Shown in pieces: positions 59,941 to 64,000 of a stretch of DNA of 64,000 nt. The notes under the pieces were generated by a model. That model made no database searches. It was given only the letters and a program-made list of their open reading frames with translations, and had not been told where the DNA came from. Positions within the stretch are counted from its first letter, which is position 1. Each line of letters starts with the position of its first letter. A program made the translations under genes and the position numbers. The stretch covers positions 1,472,001 through 1,536,000 of the forward strand of contig OZ242195.1 of the NCBI GenBank assembly GCA_965205975.1, in the 5' to 3' direction. The stretch comes from Candidatus Latescibacterota bacterium (lineage in GTDB: Bacteria; Latescibacterota; UBA2968).

Positions 59941-60118
59941 ATGAAAATGAACAAACTAAAAAAACGCCTGAGGAAAAACCGTCCTATGACCATCGTATCT
60001 ATTCGGTTTCCCGGAGATCCTGCCCGCTTTGGTTAATAACCTAAAAAAACGCGGTATCAGTGAAGCAATAATCACCGAAGCTTTGGCAGAAGCAAATCAG
60101 GAACCAAAACCGCAATAA
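59941..60118 (+). pseudogene. Decayed CopG/BrnA-like antitoxin (internal deletion plus frameshift)
   Basis: First frame MKMNKLKKRLRKNRPMTIVSIRFP; shifted frame LPALVNNLKKRGISEAIITEALAE, stop 60116-60118. The central RHH helices are missing. Confidence 0.65.
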
Positions 60119-60178
60119 TTATTATTGTACAAATCATCCCTTTTTTGAGCAAGCCTTGCAGAATCCTCTGTGAGGCTT

Positions 60179-61468
60179 TTATTTTATCTCATCCAAACGC
60201 GCGCGAAACCCAGGCAAAAGAGCCGTTACCAGTGCAGTTGTAACCAGGGCGACACTGGTGTGTAAGCCGAGGGCGATAGGCGCGCCATAGACTTCGGTAA
60301 GTTTGCCGATTTGCAGGCTACCAAGTGGTCCCGCGCCAATGGCGAGGACGAGAGTACCCATTGCGCGGTCTCTCATATCATCGCGGGCAGCGATAAGCAT
60401 AATCGAGCTTTGCATCACACTGAAAAACGCGTGGCCCAGGCCGGCGAGTATGAGGAGAAAGATGGCGAGCGGAAAGGCAACCGGCGTGCCGAACAGGGTG
60501 AGCGCACCAACCCAGGACGTGCTAAAGGCAAAAACAAACAGTGCGAGGGACTGAAAAATCGATCCAATGGAAAATATCCAGCCGCGGCTGAGGCGCGATC
60601 GCAACACGCTGACCGCGTAAAGGCCGAAAAATGCACCAATACCATTGCACGCGCCCAATATGCCGAATTCGAGCGGACCTTTGTGGAGAATATCGTGTGT
60701 AAAAATGGGCAGTATGGTCTGGTAGGGAAACGCCAAAAAATTCATGATCACAGTAATGAGCAACGTCCCCATAATCGGTTGGCTGGTGCGTATGTATTGC
60801 AAGCCTTCGCGCATCAGCGTCCACGGAGAGGTTTTGAGAATCGCGGGATGACGCGGTACTTTGACGCGCAGCATGATCAGGAATGAGATAAGGGAAATAA
60901 AAAAAATAGCGATATAACAGTCCTGTACGCCAAATAGAGCGTAAATATATCCACTTAAAAAAGGACCGATCACGCGAGCGATATTCTGGGTAAAGCTTTC
61001 GAGCATCATCGCTTCAACCGTGCGCTGCTTGCCGACCAGATCGGGTACCAGAGCACGGCGAGCAGTCCAGTTGAGAGACCACGAGAGGCCAAATAGCACT
61101 GCGGCGATCGCAAGATGCCAGAACGCCAGGCGATTGGTCCAGATCAGCAGGCCAATGGTTGCGAGGACCAGTACGCTGAGCCACTGCGAGAGAATTACGA
61201 TGCGAACGCGCCCAACGCTATTGATCACCGGCCCGGCGATAAAACCGACGAGCAACAGGGGAATAGATCGGTAAAAGCCAATCAGTCCGACGGCAAACGC
61301 AGAGTGGGTAATCTCAAAAACGAGCCATCCCACGACAATCATTTCCATCCACATGGCCTGCCACCAGAGCATATTGCTCAGGATCAGGTAGCGAAAACCG
61401 CGGTTACCCAGGGGAGCAAGGGATCCTCGAAAGGAGATGACAAATTTTCCCGTTCTTCTAATGCGCAT
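60179..61468 (-). CDS. MFS transporter
   Basis: About 12 TM segments, ARRALVPDLVG, ARVIGP, DMRDRAMG. Confidence 0.9.
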   Translation of the reverse strand: MRIRRTGKFVISFRGSLAPLGNRGFRYLILSNMLWWQAMWMEMIVVGWLVFEITHSAFAVGLIGFYRSIPLLLVGFIAGPVINSVGRVRIVILSQWLSVLVLATIGLLIWTNRLAFWHLAIAAVLFGLSWSLNWTARRALVPDLVGKQRTVEAMMLESFTQNIARVIGPFLSGYIYALFGVQDCYIAIFFISLISFLIMLRVKVPRHPAILKTSPWTLMREGLQYIRTSQPIMGTLLITVIMNFLAFPYQTILPIFTHDILHKGPLEFGILGACNGIGAFFGLYAVSVLRSRLSRGWIFSIGSIFQSLALFVFAFSTSWVGALTLFGTPVAFPLAIFLLILAGLGHAFFSVMQSSIMLIAARDDMRDRAMGTLVLAIGAGPLGSLQIGKLTEVYGAPIALGLHTSVALVTTALVTALLPGFRARLDEIK

Positions 61469-61544
61469 GGTCGAGTTTCAAACCCCAAATAATCCAACCC
61501 TCAAAGCGCGAAGGATATCATCTATCGCGATAGCCTCTACTCTT

Positions 61545-62117
61545 TTACCGCCCAATTTCGAAATCGCGCGCCACCGCCCGTGCCATCGCCACGAGAACAT
61601 CGTTGCCGATGCGCTCGCGATAATTGGGATTAATATATTGAAATTGGATCTTGCGATTGGGTGCAATCACAAAGAGCGATGGTACGGGCAAAGAGCGTTT
61701 TCTGTTATTCATAAACGCAACGCCATAAGCCTTTGCTGCCTCAAATTCCACATCCGATAACAGTGAAAAATCGAGCCCCACGCGATCGCGCACCTCAGCC
61801 AACTTTTCAGGCGGATCGGGTGCAATAGCAATAATTTCAAAACCCACCCCATCCAACTGTGACTTCAGTTCTTGCAGTTGTCCCAACTGCCGCCGGCAAT
61901 GCGGTCACCAGTATCCGCGATAAAAAATCAAAATCGTCGGTTTTTTGTGCGCGCCCAGATCAAAATCCCGTCCATTCGCATCGACGAGTGTCAGCGCGGG
62001 AACTTCATCGCCAACCATCAGGGGACGCACTTTATTGGGCGCATCGGGCAATTGCGCGTGCCCCCATCCCAAAGTACCAAACACCACCAGCAACGCGATC
62101 CAGATTATTTTCTTCAT
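61545..62117 (-). CDS. Exported AhpC/TSA (peroxiredoxin-like) selenoprotein, UxxC motif, 190 aa
   Basis: ORFs 61905-62117 and 61545-61886 are in the same frame and join as FYRGYW-TGA-PHCRRQLGQL. The TGA is at the first Cys of the family motif FYRGxWCPxC. Signal peptide present. Confidence 0.88.
61874..61890 (-). promoter_or_regulatory. Candidate bacterial SECIS hairpin
   Basis: GCAGUUG-GGA-CAACUGC, a perfect 7-bp stem starting 14 nt after the in-frame UGA, with a G-containing apical loop. Confidence 0.65.
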
Positions 62118-62147
62118 AAAAATCTCCTCTGTATTAAATAACGAACA

Positions 62148-63617
62148 TTACAATGAGAGAATCTTCCCGATCTTCCCCGGCTGTGCCCAGTTGCATTTCC
62201 CCTCTCCATTGAGTTGTCTCAACAAAGCGGGAATACCCGGATGTTGAAGCGCAGAACAAATTCGCCTAGCATCAGCCTCATCCCAACAAGGGATAAACGC
62301 CTGCATCGCTTGATTCGCCTGCCACACCTCTCCTTCCACACTGTTTAAGATGATGGGATGGAAGTCGCTCTTACCATAAGCCTCCCAGATAACCTTGTAG
62401 GGCGCAAAAGAATACGGACCAACGCCGAGCAACGACCACCAGACGCCTTTGGCAATAGCAGATCGGATCAAGGTACCTCTCCGACCTTCCAGTTTGTCTC
62501 TAACCTCAATGAGATATTGTCTGAGTTCGGCATATTGCTCAATGGTCGCCCACGAAAGCGGTCGTCCTGTATTTCTATTGTATGGAAGCAGAACCCATTT
62601 ATGTGGAGCCACGTCTCCATTCTTCCAGATCTCCTTTGTCGCAAGCGGAAAGAGAAATTCCCTGGGTAGATGCGTTGGTTTATCCTCGAACATGAAAATC
62701 GCATTTGCCCCGCAAGTATTCACACCCTGGCGCGGTTTCTGATCAGAAGATAGTTCGACTTTGATGGAGTCAAGATCAGTAGTATCCCCGCGCTGAAGAA
62801 CGCGCCACTGATCATCAGAGACCTTTAGAGGAACCGCACGGTGTTCAATCCACTCCCCTCCCCGCTCTCTGAAATACCTGACGGGGAATTTATGCGGCAC
62901 ATCCAGGCGAAACCTGGCGCAGCAATAAGATGTACCCACCCCTTCAAACACCTCTGTCGCAGTAAATTCACAGACTTCATCTACCTCAAATCTCCGACCA
63001 TTGGCAACATAGTCTCTGAACCCTTTGTGGGCATCACCACCTGAAAAAAGAGAAAGTGGGAGAAAGAAACACCCTATCCCATTCCCGCGCAGCAATTTGC
63101 CCAGCACGACCTTCAATACCAGAGCCGCTATATCGGTGCGCGAGGAACCGAGAAGAACCTGTTTCTTATCCGGAACCAGACCTTCTGCTACAAAATAAGG
63201 TTTGAGTCTATCCTTATATAAATTGGGCAAATCCGTGAAATTTGCCCACGGCGGATTGCCAAACAGGATATCGTACTCAGTATTCGGGGGATCTGTAATC
63301 ACATCTAAAGCGAGAAGCTGAGACGAAGGAAAATCAATCGCGAATTCCTGACGCGCTTTGCGCTGGAACACATGGAGATGTGACGCATGCATTTCGATCA
63401 AAGTCAGCCGCGAAAGAAGCTCTGGGGACACCCGAAAACCTCTCGATCTGGCGAGACGGAACAGCGCGAGCGCGAAAGCCCCCTGTCCCGCAGTCGGGTC
63501 ACAAACAGACGCCCCATCAATCCATGCATCGAAAATACCCCATCGGTCGATAAGCCATTCTGCCCATTTAATCGGAGTAAAAACCTGTCCCACCTCAACA
63601 CTCTGGAAATCGTCCAT
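62148..63617 (-). CDS. N6-adenine DNA methyltransferase (gamma class), orphan
   Basis: Motif X GQVFTP, motif I DPTAGQGAF, motif IV GNPPW, C-terminal TRD-like region. Confidence 0.85.
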   Translation of the reverse strand: MDDFQSVEVGQVFTPIKWAEWLIDRWGIFDAWIDGASVCDPTAGQGAFALALFRLARSRGFRVSPELLSRLTLIEMHASHLHVFQRKARQEFAIDFPSSQLLALDVITDPPNTEYDILFGNPPWANFTDLPNLYKDRLKPYFVAEGLVPDKKQVLLGSSRTDIAALVLKVVLGKLLRGNGIGCFFLPLSLFSGGDAHKGFRDYVANGRRFEVDEVCEFTATEVFEGVGTSYCCARFRLDVPHKFPVRYFRERGGEWIEHRAVPLKVSDDQWRVLQRGDTTDLDSIKVELSSDQKPRQGVNTCGANAIFMFEDKPTHLPREFLFPLATKEIWKNGDVAPHKWVLLPYNRNTGRPLSWATIEQYAELRQYLIEVRDKLEGRRGTLIRSAIAKGVWWSLLGVGPYSFAPYKVIWEAYGKSDFHPIILNSVEGEVWQANQAMQAFIPCWDEADARRICSALQHPGIPALLRQLNGEGKCNWAQPGKIGKILSL

Positions 63618-63781
63618 AAAATTCTTCTCAATTAATTCCAGCGCAGTTAGTTATATAAATCATATAATGAATTTTATTCAGCGCAACCAGATACTGATTT
63701 CGGATCTGTTTCTCCCCTATTCAAACCGAGACCCACTCACATATCGCATTTATACACATTTGTTTGTTAAAATTCGATCCG

Positions 63782-63810
63782 ATTATACCCGCCTGACAAA
63801 CACCTGTCAA
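63782..63810 (-). promoter_or_regulatory. Perfect consensus sigma70 promoter facing the methyltransferase
   Basis: Minus strand TTGACA-ggtgtttgtcaggcggg(17)-TATAAT. Confidence 0.75.
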
Positions 63811-63969
63811 CCGATTTGTGTCAATAAGACGCGTGAATATCCCATTGGTTATTTTTAGTCCGTTCAAAAAAGACAGCACTGGGAAAATTGCCAGTGCCGC
63901 TCTTTCATTTTTTAGATTATATTTTGTCTGTTAGTTTAACAAAATATTAAGAGAAAAGGAGATATTGGA

Positions 63970-64000
63970 ATGCAGCAGAAATTCATGGGCAGAGCCATAG
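63970..64000 (+). CDS. Start of a gene cut by the window edge, possibly a nucleoside deaminase or RibD-like protein
   Basis: SD AAGGAG, then MQQKFMGRAI, resembling the FMxRAIxLA first helix of deaminases. Only 10 codons visible. Confidence 0.35.
   Translation, partial: MQQKFMGRAI

Noticed and set aside
63866..63913. Riboswitch upstream of the edge gene
   Set aside because: Only a simple GCACTGG/CCAGTGC hairpin with T-rich flank; no aptamer consensus recognised.
1..64000. CRISPR array, rRNA, transposase or integrase
   Set aside because: No regularly spaced repeats of about 25-40 bp and no such coding motifs were seen.

Overview
Bacterial chromosomal window with no rRNA, intact tRNA, CRISPR array, integrase or transposase that I could recognise. 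It appears to span the replication terminus: a dif-like Xer site lies at 10493-10520, genes to its left run on + and most core genes to its right run on -. Contents in order: (1) an export operon with a membrane fusion protein, two RND permeases (the second fused to an ABC ATPase interrupted by a membrane insertion) and an ABC-2-type permease; (2) the dif region with two small accessory genes; (3) a housekeeping block (gcvT, leuS, asnS, pnp, rpsO, ribF, truB, rbfA, infB, nusA, rimP, a ZapT-like MerR protein, der, DUF512, zapA, nadD, bamD, purB, rfbC, purL); (4) catabolic genes (two heparinase II/III-like proteins, CocE/NonD hydrolase, an internally deleted sulfatase, PhyH dioxygenase, metallophosphoesterase); (5) a DsrM-like/DsrK-like/cysteine desulfurase/DsrC cluster with no dsrAB in the window; (6) mqnB-mqnD, intact and decayed toxin-antitoxin genes, an MFS transporter, a probable exported UxxC selenoprotein split by the ORF caller, and an orphan adenine methyltransferase. 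The gene content suggests a diderm FCB-group organism such as Latescibacterota or Gemmatimonadota, possibly host-associated; this is inference only. All calls come from reading motifs by eye; no searches were run.
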